Source: Macrostomum lignano
Taxonomy: Eukaryota
Direction of reading: 5' to 3'
DNA: 64,000 nucleotides
Assembly: GCA_002269645.1 (NCBI GenBank)
Contig: NIVC01001823.1
Coordinates: 62,001 to 126,000, forward strand
The first letter of the stretch is position 1; every line of letters starts with the position of its first letter. Below are positions 1 to 10,336 of this stretch, piece by piece. Made by a program: the position numbers and the translations under genes. The notes beneath the pieces are model-generated. The model did not search any database and was not told the origin of the DNA. It saw only the letters and a program-made list of their open reading frames with translations.

Positions 1-82
1 AAGTTTGGGGAGTTGATATCTTTGCTTCACTGTTATAAAGAAGGATAGAAGCGGAAAACAGCATTTCTATTCCATGGACACA

Positions 83-215
83 GGGGGACACGTAGCCCAG
101 TGGTCTGACGCGGCGCTCTGATGTGCCAGAGGCCCAGGCTCGATTCCAAGTGCAGTCACAATTATTTGGGGCTATGTTGGAATCTCGGCTTGGCACTGCT
201 CGTGCAGTTAACGTG
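83..215 (+). mobile_element. tRNA-derived SINE (related copies at about 24812-24935, 46142-46275, 47348-47475)
   Basis: A box TAGCCCAGTGG, B box GCTCGATTCC, shared downstream AAGTGCAGTCACA in four dispersed copies. Confidence 0.6.
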
Positions 216-249
216 AAGTGTACATGCCTAACGTACAGGTGTAACGTAA

Positions 250-470
250 GGGCGTTGTAGCCTTGTTGTTAGAGTCCGCACGACTTGAATGTCGGGGGTT
301 CGATTCCCGATACCACTCGAAAAAATGTTGTGTCCTTGAGCAAGACACTTAACTCTGCATTGCTTCAGTTCACCCAGATGTAAAATGGGTGCCAGCATTA
401 GCTGGGATAGTTGAGGGTGTGTGTGTGGCGACCCCCAGTCCTTGGACTGAACAGCCGTACGCAGCCTTCA
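250..470 (+). mobile_element. tRNA-headed SINE with a CORE/Meta-like central domain (paralog about 46308-46520)
   Basis: B box GGTTCGATTCC followed by TGTGTCCTTGAGCAAGACACTTAAC...GTAAAATGGG, similar to CORE-type SINE domains. Confidence 0.5.
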
Positions 471-1559
471 GATGAGCCGCGTAACAGCTGCCGCTGAGCT
501 GTCGGTTGTACACTCCTGTGTGAGTGTGTGCCTGCTCAGGACAATATCGCTTAAAATGCACCATGGTTCACACGGCTCTTTGCCTCTAGTAAAAAGCTGA
601 AAGAGATAAGCCTAAGCCTGATGTTGCAAAGAAGCAACGCACCTGCTAGGAAAGTGCCCAGCCGACTGGCGTTCTCCTTCAGCGTGCTGGCCCACTGGTG
701 GCAGCACAGGGCGGGCACCCCGGCCAGAGTCATCAGCAGGGCCGTCTCCACCGGTTTCTCCAGTCTGAGCTGGTCGCTTCGCTTCACAACGTCGATTTTG
801 CTCTGCCGCAGGAAGCTCTGGCTGGTCTGGGCCATGTCGAACAGGGCCACCAGGCGGCAGTCGGTCAGGCCCAGACTGGCCACCGCGTGTGGCGGCACGT
901 AGGCCAGGAATCGCTCCATGCCGTAGAAAATGAAGCCGGTGCCCTCGCGAAGGTAGACTTCGTACTCGCCGACGCTTGGCGCGTGGTCGTCGCCGGTGAC
1001 GCCGAGCCAGCGCGGCGTGAACTGCTGGGCCCTCTCCGGGCGCTCCATCATGGCTCGGAACTGGTCCAGCGGCTTCCACTGCTCGGTTTCGGCGCAGTCT
1101 AAATAAGGATCGACCACGTGACGGATGTGGCTCGTGTCCACGGCCAGGTGTCCTGGAGGAACCGGGCGCACCTGGGAAGCGTGGAGAATTTGCTTATCAT
1201 TCAACTGAGACACGATGATTGCTCGAAATTAGAAAGGTCAGGTCTGGTGATGGTGAGCCAACGTCTGCTGGTGGACTGAACGGCGTTGAGGGCCAACCCC
1301 CAAGGCACAGTGGCAGTACGTATCCGCACGCTTGTGCGCTTGCTCAGGAGAGTCGGCAGAATGGGCAGCAATGCCTCTCGCCGGTTGTGCGACAATGTCG
1401 CTTACAGTGCGCCAGGGTTCACGCAGCCCCACTCACCAGCGGGATGATCTTGCTCTGCTTCTTGCTGGCATCGCGCAGGCCGGGGATCCTGCTGATGGCT
1501 TTGGAGGCCTTGTCCTTGCCCGCCTTGCCGCCCGCGCCACCGCCGCCGCCGCCGCCCAC

Positions 1560-1880
1560 TTCTTCTTCTTCTTCTTCTTCTCGCTTTTTGTCGCCTTTCG
1601 GCATAGCTCACCGGGAGTCCCTTACTCCAGCTCTTACGCTTCGCATTGCCGATCTTGTCTCTCTCGCCTGCTCTCTCCGGTGATTCACGATGGTTTTGTT
1701 TAAAGAGGTCCCACGGTTCGTTATGCCGTGGTCACTCTGCCGGGTGCGGTTTTGCCCGCGGGACGTGGTTTTCAAATCACGGCCGCGGGCCTCACCGCCC
1801 CCCCGGTTCCTTATTTGCCAGACTGGCACGCCAGTCTGCCCGCTTGGCACCAATCGTGGAGGTTGGGAACCATCGCCAAG
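1560..1880 (-). mobile_element. 5'-truncated non-LTR retroposon insertion with (GAA)n tail
   Basis: Absent from the copy B exon (47632-48162); flanked by direct repeat CGCCGCCCAC (1550-1559, 1881-1890); (TTC)n at 1560-1580. Confidence 0.8.
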
Positions 1881-2352
1881 CGCCGCCCACCGCGGCAGCT
1901 CTCTGGTCGTCGTCTTCTTCATCGTCGCCCGCTCCGCCGCCCGCGCCGCCGTCCTCGTCCAGCAGGTGCTTGGAGCCGAAGAGGCGACGCGCCACCAGCT
2001 GCAGGCTGAAGTCGCGGCTCATGCCTGACAGGCTGTCGAAGTGCAGCTGCTGAAGAGCTTCGAGCGGCAGCTCGGCCAGGTTGGGATCGATCAGCAGCAC
2101 CAGGCAGTCATCTGGCTGCTGCTGCTGCTGCTGCTGCTCCCGTCGGCTGGTGCTGACTGTGGTTGCCGAGCTGGGTCGGTTGAGCCGCTAAAATCTGTGC
2201 AGCGCGGGGCCGATGTACTCGGCGGTGTCGGCGACGAGGCGGGCGAACCAGGTCTGCAGCAGCTCGAGGTCGGCCTTGTGCTCCTCGGTCAGGTGGTTCT
2301 GAGAAGGTGAGAAAAATGTTCTTGTAGAGTTTTTCAATGCATCTCGGCAGCG

Positions 2353-2358
2353 AGCTTG
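2353..2358 (+). other. Target-site duplication AGCTTG (left copy; right copy 12709-12714)
   Basis: The paralogous empty site reads GCAGCG-AGCTTG-ATTTTCAG (48211-48230) with a single AGCTTG. Confidence 0.93.
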
Positions 2359-2878
2359 ACTACTAAGGACTGGCAGATCCGTTGATTTTGCGAAGGTCCG
2401 TCGGGCTGATGTCGGCCTCTAGCACCGCGGCAAGGTGCTCCCTCGGGGTGTACCACCTCCCCCGGGGTGTACCTCCAGCTGGGTGGGCGTCCAGCGAGTG
2501 TACCTCCAGCTGGGTGGGCGTCCAGCGAGTGTACCTCCAGCGGGGTGGGCCTCCTGCGAGTGTACATCCGGCAGGGTGGGCGTCCAGCGAGTGTACCTCC
2601 AGCGGGGTGGGCCTCCCTCGGGGTGTACATCCGGCGGGGGGGATTCCCACTCGTGTGCACGCGGCCCCCTGTAGCAGTATGAGGCGGGGTACAGAGAGAC
2701 ACGGGGTGCTGGGACAGAGAGTGCGTGGAGGCACCCTGCGCCGCCCCGGCATGTCGCAGCACGCGGCGTGGACAGAGAGGGAGTGTGAGTCACACGGAGG
2801 GACAGAGAGCTTCCCCAGGCCGGGGTGGTAGAGGGACAGACCGGCGGTGAGTGATAGAGAGCCCCCAGGCTGCAGAGG
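2359..2878. repeat. Left terminal inverted repeat (~520 bp)
   Basis: Reverse complement of 12070-12708 apart from internal indels; GC-rich with internal ~31-bp repeats of the type GTGTACCTCCAGC(T)GGGTGGGCGTCCAGCGA. Confidence 0.93.
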
Positions 2879-2959
2879 AATTGAAAAGAAAAAACACGTA
2901 ATTCAGTTGTTTCAGGTTCAGGCCATCCGGCAAACAGAGCAAAGCTCTCCAACAGTGTT

Positions 2960-3613
2960 TTATTTAGCATAAACTACGGGGTAGCGCCCCAACACATTAG
3001 CATAGTAGCGAACAGATGCGTTCTGCAAGCAATTAACAATCAGGTAGGAGTAGGGCTCCCTAGTGGCGTCTTCGTACATTTGAACAAAACTTTTTGGGTT
3101 AGCGGGGACAAGCTGCTTTGCAATATGGGCGACTGTACTAACGTCCCGTACATTGCGGAACAATACAAGGTAGTTTGCGTTAAGGGATTGAGTGCGGTGC
3201 TCCTTGCCCTTGGCAAACAGGTTTTGTACAAGGTACCAAAGCCGGAATCCCACATTGCTGACTTTGCGAGTGAAAAATGCGGTAAAAGCAGCGTTTTTTT
3301 CCATGGCTTGCATTTGATCATCGACAACGAGTAGAATATTCGGAGCGGGAACATAGGTTTCAGGGTTAAATGTAGACGAGCGAAAATTGACAGGGTACGG
3401 TAATTCAAACAGTTCCGGGTCTTGATAGTGCCCAAACCAATCAACGCGAACAGGCTTAGGGTCCTGAAAAAACTCGTTTCGCAGCAATTCTTTAACAAGA
3501 GTTGTTTTTCCGCTCTGGTTAACACCAGCAAAAATCGCCGAAGTATTTGGAGCAAACTTTAGAGCGTCAGGATCAATTGTTTGGTACATTTTCAGGGCGA
3601 GTTGACACTCCAA
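2960..3613 (-). CDS. A32/FtsK-HerA family genome-packaging ATPase
   Basis: Walker A GVNQSGKTT, Walker B LLVVDD, and YLVQNLF...RTQSLNANYLVLFRNVRD typical of Polinton ATPases. Confidence 0.92.
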   Translation of the reverse strand: MECQLALKMYQTIDPDALKFAPNTSAIFAGVNQSGKTTLVKELLRNEFFQDPKPVRVDWFGHYQDPELFELPYPVNFRSSTFNPETYVPAPNILLVVDDQMQAMEKNAAFTAFFTRKVSNVGFRLWYLVQNLFAKGKEHRTQSLNANYLVLFRNVRDVSTVAHIAKQLVPANPKSFVQMYEDATREPYSYLIVNCLQNASVRYYANVLGRYPVVYAK

Positions 3614-3623
3614 ATATTAAAAA

Positions 3624-4061
3624 CTATTTTATTTGTAGAACATGTTTTCGAACCATCAAATCATTTTCAAGCAGATTGGTAGAGTAACATTCCCTTAAAA
3701 TCTTTTCAATCGACAACCCCTCTAAAAAGTGCTTTTCGGCCACAAAAATCACATGCGGCCCACACGCTACACTTAGAGGGTGTTGAACAGTGTGGCGATT
3801 CATAGCAACAGGTGAATGTACATGCTTCGAGATCCAAGCCGAGAGCAATTCCGGCACGGGTTCAATACACAGGGGGTCAAAAAATGTCACACTCTTATCA
3901 TCGTGTAGGCAAATCAGTCCCCAGTGGGTGCCTGGCAGATTGCCCGTGTCAAAATTAATTACATATGCAGCAGGGTAAACAGGTGCAGGAATTCTGTCAA
4001 GAGGGCAAACGCGCACTTCCACAGGTAGTTTTAAACGTTCCAAAATTTCCAACGTGTCCAT
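3624..4061 (-). CDS. Adenain-like (C5 family) cysteine maturation protease
   Basis: Catalytic motifs GTHW, FFDPL and Q...SVACG. Confidence 0.9.
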   Translation of the reverse strand: MDTLEILERLKLPVEVRVCPLDRIPAPVYPAAYVINFDTGNLPGTHWGLICLHDDKSVTFFDPLCIEPVPELLSAWISKHVHSPVAMNRHTVQHPLSVACGPHVIFVAEKHFLEGLSIEKILRECYSTNLLENDLMVRKHVLQIK

Positions 4062-5337
4062 ACGTAGTCCAGAATGGGCTGGCGGCCTCTAGTGATTTGC
4101 ACCGCGTTGTCAAAGTAACCAAACACCAAAACGTTAATCCCGACAGGTAGGGCTGCAGAAAACTTTATCTGTAGGGTAAGATTCCCTCTCTCGCGAGGCA
4201 TGCTATGTCCACCCAGTTCCATGTCGGGCATTAGATTCCACGCAAATAAACAGTAACCAGCGCGATAATCCGAATATGACAGGTCAATGTCCAAATCACG
4301 ATTCATTTTCCCTAGGCTCTTAAACAGCATGGCGTATTCGCGAGCATAGTTTTGGGCAGCGAACCTTGGAGTGAATGGTTGACCGCACAGGCTGACCCCG
4401 TCCTTGTACAGGGCCACACTGTCCGCCCCAAATGGCTCGAAATTGAACGGATTATGGGTGGCCACCCCGTTATATGCGGCACTATTTACCATCCCCATAA
4501 TGACAAGTTTGGGCTTCTGTTCCGGGAAAATATTATTGATTGACACGTCGCGAACTCCTACAGCGACAGAGGTGTTGTGTACAACGAGGCGCTCGATGGG
4601 GTAGACTGCATTCTGAGTTGCCAGCTGTTCTTCAATCTCCAAGGCCAGTTGGGGGTTAGCCTTTACCCGACGAACGTGTAATTTTGCACTTTGAAGAACC
4701 AACTTTGCATCAACCCCTTCGGCGTGATTCTCCACAACGAATCCAGAATTTTGCAGAGTGAGCGTAACCATATCAGTGTAGGGTAGCAGCATACGATCGT
4801 TGGTGACAAAAAAGTCGAGACTAAGAGGGCCATACAGATGAAATGTTCGAGAACCGGCAGCCATCGCCTTGCGAGTTACAAAGCCAGGATTTCCAACCGC
4901 AGCCATTTGACCCCCAGCGTCTTTAGCGTAGCCCATCATCCGCAGTTGGTTAGACTTTGAATCAGACCCATAACTCAAGCATGTACGAATGTACGCCTTG
5001 TAGGCGTGGTTGTTGTTGCTAGACTCGATATGTGTACCATTTATGGAAAGAGACACGTTTTTGAACATGGTCTCCAGAGGTAATTGATTGGCGCCACGTT
5101 TGAATCCGCCGCCAAATCGGCTCCATTAGCTCTCTTAATACAACCTTTAATCTCGAGATCAATGTCATTAAGATCGACAAACGTCTCGCCGCCCACAATT
5201 CTAAACTCGACCACACTCGCATTTTCGACGCTGGCAACCGGGTGGATTTCTTCAGTAGTTGAACCTACAGCGGCAATCTGGTGGGCTCGAGGGGCAAAGA
5301 GCTCAAACTCGGACTTTGTACACAGACACTCGGACAT
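4031..5337 (-). CDS. Double jelly-roll major capsid protein (PY/hexon), one frameshift near 5078
   Basis: N-part MSECLCTKSEFELF...VEFRI...FVDLNDIDLEIK (5041-5337) joins C-part (L)ETMFKNVSLSINGTHIE..NNNHAYKAYI...NPFNFEPF...GYCLFAWNLMPD (4031-5068) across a 1-nt indel. Confidence 0.9.
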
Positions 5338-5366
5338 GTTTAGTAGACAGACTCGATTCGGCGAAT

Positions 5367-5711
5367 CTAATTGAAGCGGGGCTTTTTATTTATAGTGCTG
5401 AAAATGTCTGAATTGAGACGCTTCGGAGCCTTTTTTCTTCTTCGTCCGCTACCCCTTTGGGTAACCGTGTCTTTAAAGGCGTCCTTGGCAGCCTGAACAG
5501 AATTGCGCAGGACAGACTCTTTCAAATTGCCTCCTTGCTCGAGGCTATCGTTAACCGTAGTTGCTAGGGCTCTAGTACCATGACGGAGAATGTTTTTACC
5601 AAAACTCTTTAGAATTGGCAGCGCGAAGCGGGCAATGCTTCCAAACAAACCGTTGCCCCTCTGGGCGCCTGCGAAAACAGGCAAAGCTCCACCAATCAGA
5701 ATAGAAGGCAT
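5367..5711 (-). CDS. Small virion-type protein with QRGxG motifs, amphipathic helix and basic C-terminus
   Basis: LIGG and QRGNGLFGSIARFALPILKSFGKNIL; RRRKKAPKR near the end; position next to the MCP as in many Polintons. Function is inferred. Confidence 0.65.
   Translation of the reverse strand: MPSILIGGALPVFAGAQRGNGLFGSIARFALPILKSFGKNILRHGTRALATTVNDSLEQGGNLKESVLRNSVQAAKDAFKDTVTQRGSGRRRKKAPKRLNSDIFSTINKKPRFN
5383..5394 (-). promoter_or_regulatory. TATAAATAAAAA (TATA box plus AATAAA) upstream of MCP
   Basis: About 46 nt before the ATG at 5337. Confidence 0.5.
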
Positions 5712-5749
5712 GATTAAGCACTAGGATATAGTTTACTGAGGCTGTGTTG

Positions 5750-5759
5750 TTTATTTATA
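5750..5759 (-). promoter_or_regulatory. TATAAATAAA overlapping the penton stop, upstream of ORF 5711
   Basis: Minus strand CTATAAATAAAC; includes the TAA stop of the penton. Confidence 0.5.
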
Positions 5760-6890
5760 GCTTCTTTTCGCGGATGTTAACGCTCAAGACGGTCTTGCCC
5801 TCATTACTTTTGTCATATCCCTGCCCATATCATCGTTAATTTGTACTTCAATAGTTTTGAATGGGTGCTTAACCAGTGGTAGATATGCCGGATTGACAAA
5901 CTCGTAGTACTCGCGACCGCCCTGAACTTTGGGATCCATCGGTATAGCCCCAACAGAGGAACTTTAACGTCTCCTACAATAACAGAATCGACTATGCTCG
6001 AATAGATGTACATTGTTTGTATTCCACCGGTTAATTCCATTGATGCGTTTGCGTAGAATTCCGATATACCGAAAAATGGGGTTGTATAATCATGCTCTGG
6101 GAAACCAAGCACGCTGGTCAAGCGCCCCAGCCCAAACATGTAATCCGTCGAGCCAATGTAATAACACCTATTCGTAACTTCGCTGTATCTGAAAAAGTCC
6201 GTTCTAGTGCTGGAGCCGCTATGAGATCTTTGATATGTTTCCAAATTATATCGTTGAGTTCCTCCACCAATCTTTTAGGTGTACTATAGTATCCTCCCTG
6301 CATAAAAAAGATTTGATCAGACGCTGCGCTAGTAACTTGTCTTATTATTGGAGCATGGTCCATTGACTGTACAGTCGGTTCCTCAACAACTGCGGTGATG
6401 GAGGCTGCACACCCCGCGTGTAATACGAGTTCAGTAGGTAGATCCTCATTAGACTCGAAGCCGGCGACTAGTTTAAACACCTTGGGTAGGGTATCCGGGA
6501 ATTTGATGCCGACGGTGGATTTTGAAGTATTCACAATCATAAAGGCGGTTGGGGATGTTCTTAAAAAGACAATTTTCTTATTATCCCCTTCAACGTATCG
6601 GATACCGTTTAGAAAGCCGGAAATACATTCTTCAGGGGTTTTCAGACCCGCTGCGAGACAAAGTTTGCAAACGACGAAGCCGTCAAGAGGCCCTCCTGTT
6701 CGCGAATGGTGATCGGTATAGATTTTTTGAAAGATTCAAATTCTTTGGTAAAGTAGATCCGTTCGAGGCAAACCTCATGATTCGGAAAGTGGAGAGTGTC
6801 CGGTAAATTAATAAAATAATGAGCCGGATTATTTTCGGGATAGTGCTCGGGGCACGCATTGCTAGGCAGAAAGAGATGCATGGTAGCCAT
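5755..6890 (-). CDS. Minor capsid protein (PX/penton), several frameshifts
   Basis: N-terminus LFLPSNACPEHYPENNPAHYFINLP..EVCLERIYF. C-terminal YIYSSIVDSVIVGDVKVPLL, EFVNPAYLPL..FKTIEVQINDDMGR and GKTVLSVNIR are read across frames (shifts near 6655, 6200, 5950, 5800). Confidence 0.82.
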
Positions 6891-6893
6891 GCA

Positions 6894-7981
6894 TTAGTTA
6901 TTATTACGTTGACGTATATTTATAACTTCATTTACAGGTACAAATGAATTAAAAGTGTCGGGATAACCGCGCCAGCTAACGTAATGGTGCGCAACACCAT
7001 TTATTAACACGTTTCTACGCAAAACTTTATTGATTACAAAACGCTCGGGTCGGGTAGATTTGGACAGTTCATTGTAGTAAAACCGTCCCTCAATCACTTC
7101 ACCAGACAAATCAGAAATACGATAAAAATGTGGGGGTCCAGGACAAACTTTGGATATAATGTACACCTCCTCACTATACATGTCGTACGCCTCCTTGTCG
7201 AATGCCCTGCGAGATTTCGAAATTCTCACAAAATCCCCCTTTTTATATACGGGGTCGTCTTTTTGCTGATCCGGGTAGAGCTTTTCCCACACACGCTTCT
7301 GATTGTGGAACCCGAACTTGACGGTTTCATCTCAATAGTAGAATGCGTCGTGTTGTTGTAATTGCCTACCAAATTAGGTAAGTAGTCAACCCAACGCCAC
7401 GTGTTGTTGTGCTCAAAGTAGCGAGCCAGACGCTTTCGAAGAGTTCTAATCAGCCTCTCGGCCATGTTTGCCTTGTACACAGAGTTGGTGCTGTACATTT
7501 TAACATTATTGTCTTTTAGTATGCGGCGCATTCGCTGATTATAAAACTCGGTACCCCGATCCACGTGAAGGTAAAGGGGGCGGGCAGGGAAATCATTCGC
7601 CAACATTGACTCAAACGCTGCGGGGGTATCACTCTTTAGTTTAATTGCCCTACAAAAAGCCTGCTTACTAAGCACATCAATAATAACTAGTATATATTTA
7701 TGTCCGTCATTCCAACGTTTGTATCGCGACATGTCCATCAAATCGGCTTGTAGAGTTTCCATGAATCCTCCCGACATTACTTTTCCCGTTTTAAATGTCC
7801 TGTTGACTCTCCGGTGACGGGTGTAACTCGGTTGGGTTTCTAGCCATTCCCTGGTTTGGCGTCTTGTCAGGTTTGGCGCCAGACGTTTGGCCTCCTGATA
7901 GACACGGGCAGCATTTGAAAAAGCGGCGGCTCCTTGTTCGTAAACTCGACGAAGAGCGGTTAGAGCCCTCATTGACAACAA
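6894..7981 (-). CDS. Retroviral-like (rve, DDE) integrase with C-terminal chromodomain, frameshift near 7300
   Basis: LQADLMDM..YILVIIDVLSK, HVDRGTEF, KANMAERLIRTLR, NYNNTTHSTIEMKP; the 6894-7292 ORF carries GDFVRISK...YVSWRGYPDTFNSFVP (chromodomain). The true start may be near 8069. Confidence 0.93.
6915..6924 (-). promoter_or_regulatory. TATAAATATA upstream of penton
   Basis: About 25 nt before the ATG at 6890. Confidence 0.5.
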
Positions 7982-8103
7982 GTGTGGATGCGCAGCATGA
8001 ATAGTTGCACGTAATGTCGGCTGGGGAGTTGTCTACACAAAGCTTTGACGCGGCGGCTGCTGCGCCCATGACCGCCGGGCGCGGTTATGTATGGATTAGG
8101 GTT

Positions 8104-8112
8104 CTATTTATA
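8104..8112 (-). promoter_or_regulatory. TATAAATAG upstream of integrase
   Basis: About 35 nt before the ATG at 8069. Confidence 0.45.
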
Positions 8113-8144
8113 AAGAGTATCGTATTTTCGGTTCCGGGGCGGTC

Positions 8145-8731
8145 TTAGTTGGTAATCGTGATATTTACCCATCCCGGCACCTTGATCCACAAGTTGGGCA
8201 TAGCATTTACACCTTTGTTGCGCGTGGTCGTTAAATCGCGGGTGTCTGTCGCAATTGTGTGCTCATATTCATCGCGGTAATCATCGGTACCAACCATATG
8301 GTCAACCTTCTTTTCCTCCACAGGGAGCTGTTTCCGGCCGAGCATAGACATTGGTATACGGGCCTTGTCTAGCAGAGCCCAGAAAGCGGTCGAATATTTC
8401 GGGTGATTATTAGTGTTGGTGGTGACGGCTTGTAGAAGATCAAAAACGTTGCTACCACCCCAAGTTTCACCATCAAAAACGACTTCCCACGATTGGTTGT
8501 AATTTAGGCTGGGGTGCTTTTCTGTTAGTATATTCCATATACGTTGTTGCCTATCAGAAAATAGCTGCTTTGTCGTCTTTGGGGTTTTACTTTAGCCAAT
8601 TGGGTCTGTAGCTTTGCATTGTACTCTACAAGTTTTTCGTACTCCGATTTTGGGGCAATTTCTCGCGGAGTACCCTGTCTAAGCTGATTGAATTCCTCCT
8701 CGGGGACCACAACGTACTTGTCCATTTTCAA
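8145..8731 (-). CDS. Polinton-type hypothetical protein, frameshifted
   Basis: Fragments MKMDKYVVVPEEEF..., ...VVFDGETWGGSNVFDLLQAV...FWALLDKARIPMSM... read across ORFs 8525-8731 and 8145-8351; resembles an uncharacterised Polinton protein from memory. Confidence 0.45.
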
Positions 8732-9116
8732 CGTCGTTGTCCTAGCAGACCACCAAACAGTCCAGTGATTAACGGTGCAGCAATCTTGGCGAGAATTGGT
8801 AGGAATCCTCCAACTTGAGGGTCCGATAGTATCATATTCTTCTTCCTATTTATAGACAGTTTTTTGTCGGCCATGTCATGCAGGGCTTCTCTATAACGTT
8901 TCAACCTTGCAAACTGTCTAGGGGATAGATCGATATTGCCCTTGAGTACATTGTACTTAACTCGCACAGACACTGCATCAACTCATTATCGGCTCCCCTA
9001 ATAATGGCCCTCCTTCGATGTGGTCGCGCGTCACCGAGCTCCTCTAGCTCGCGACGGCAAGAACAAAGACGAGAAATTCCGTTTGTCATTATTAAGGTGG
9101 TAAGCATTGCGTGCAT
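8728..9116 (-). CDS. Small basic protein with adenovirus pX-like GGFLP tail, frameshift near 8958
   Basis: RRAIIRGADNELMQCLCEL joins YNVLKGNIDLS...QVGGFLPILAKIAAPLITGLFGGLL by a 1-nt indel; GGFLP..I.AP resembles the adenovirus pX C-terminal segment. Confidence 0.65.
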
Positions 9117-9132
9117 ACATGTGCATATTTTG

Positions 9133-9142
9133 TTTATTTATA
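9133..9142 (-). promoter_or_regulatory. TATAAATAAA between the TBP-like and pX-like genes
   Basis: About 17 nt before the ATG at 9116. Confidence 0.5.
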
Positions 9143-9154
9143 AGCAAAGCATAA

Positions 9155-9673
9155 TTAGAGTTGCAGAATAGCAGTCACGTGGTCGTACATTTTACACAGT
9201 TCGTCATAGTTTCGTATTCCTAGGAACACTAACCGACCATTCTTTCCGCACAGCAGGCACTTGGCCTTGCGGAATGGGGACTTTATTACAAGCCCATTGA
9301 ATACCTCACTCTCCCACTCAACCCAGCGCGAGCTCGAGTTGGCAAGGCGGAAAAAGTTTGGCTTAACATTAACTTCTGCACGATAAGTACCGGTAGTGAT
9401 AACAACAGAGTTTGGTTTACATTGAGCAAAAAGACGCAGCACATCGTTGGTTGATTGGCAACCAAAAACAATGGCAGATAATGAACGTTTGAAAAAGTTT
9501 ATTGTACACTTTCCGATCCTCAGGTTGTACAATGCCCGGGGTCTATGAAACGTTCTAGCGCGCGCCCAGTCCAAGTTCGGTAGGCTGTTCCACCTTGCGC
9601 AAAACACCCTGTTTACGCACACGACGTTCTGCAAGCGGTTTTTTCGGTTGCTTTTGTTTCCGCTCAGCTCCAC
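9155..9673 (-). CDS. Divergent TATA-binding protein (TBP)-fold protein
   Basis: LQNVV matches TBP LQNIV; [47 protein letters not shown] matches TBP [46 protein letters not shown]; length about one TBP core. Aligned by eye. Confidence 0.65.
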   Translation of the reverse strand: [172 protein letters not shown]

Positions 9674-10264
9674 CAGCTCCGCGCTTGCGTCCTACCTTGA
9701 TTTTTAACGGTGGAATCCAGTAGCAGCGGTCAAACGCCTGCTTGGGAGCTTCTATGAATTGCAGTTGTTGAATTTTTGGTACCGCGGTTAGAACCGAGTC
9801 GTGAATCACCGCCGTGTCTAGGGCGAACAGTACTCTATAGTAGCCCGTCTTGTTCTTGTAGTCGACAACTTGCCGCTCTTGTCGTACATTTTAAAGTCGT
9901 GAGCCAATCCGAATGCAGCGCTGTCGCAGCCAAAAGTGGGGTTGTACCCCAATAGCGCCATTCCTTGGATAGAGAGCTGGTGACACACGGAATTAAACGC
10001 TTCTGGTATGCAGCTCTCCAAGTGCTTTTGGGAAAGAATGATGAATTCGCGGCCTTCATTGTCGGTTCTCACACCCTTGACAATCAGTACGGGCGTCGCA
10101 TTGGCAAGATAGAGAGGGCCCTGTTCGTCGTACTCAATGTCGTACGTCTCGGTTCCGTTGTAGCTTGGACCTCTCGACTTGAGAGAGAATAGGTCGATCC
10201 TAACACTATTGTAGTCTTGAACGGTATCCATGTTGCTGCTGCTGTTGCTGAGAGTGGGTCTCAC
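9555..10264 (-). CDS. Hypothetical protein, possibly an OB-fold ssDNA-binding protein; frameshift near 9870
   Basis: ORFs 9818-10264 and 9555-9809 join as KMYDKSG/VVDYKNKTGYYRVLFALDTAVIHDSVLTAVPKIQQLQF, a pattern reminiscent of T7 gp2.5-like/NCLDV SSBs. Weak, by eye. Confidence 0.35.
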
Positions 10265-10336
10265 ACCCTGAGCGCCTCCTTATATACCCTTGGGGCGGAG
10301 GGTGGGGTGGCTGGGCGTTTTTGTTATAGTGCTTCT

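Noticed and set aside
83-165. Possible tRNA genes (also about 24820, 46145, 47350 and 25500)
   Set aside because: A and B boxes are present, but there is no convincing cloverleaf or anticodon arm, and the copies share non-tRNA downstream sequence, as expected of SINE heads.
2334-2970. Overlapping ORFs inside the TIRs (also 12033-12704)
   Set aside because: GC-rich repetitive TIR sequence gives ORFs in many frames on both strands with no recognisable domain.
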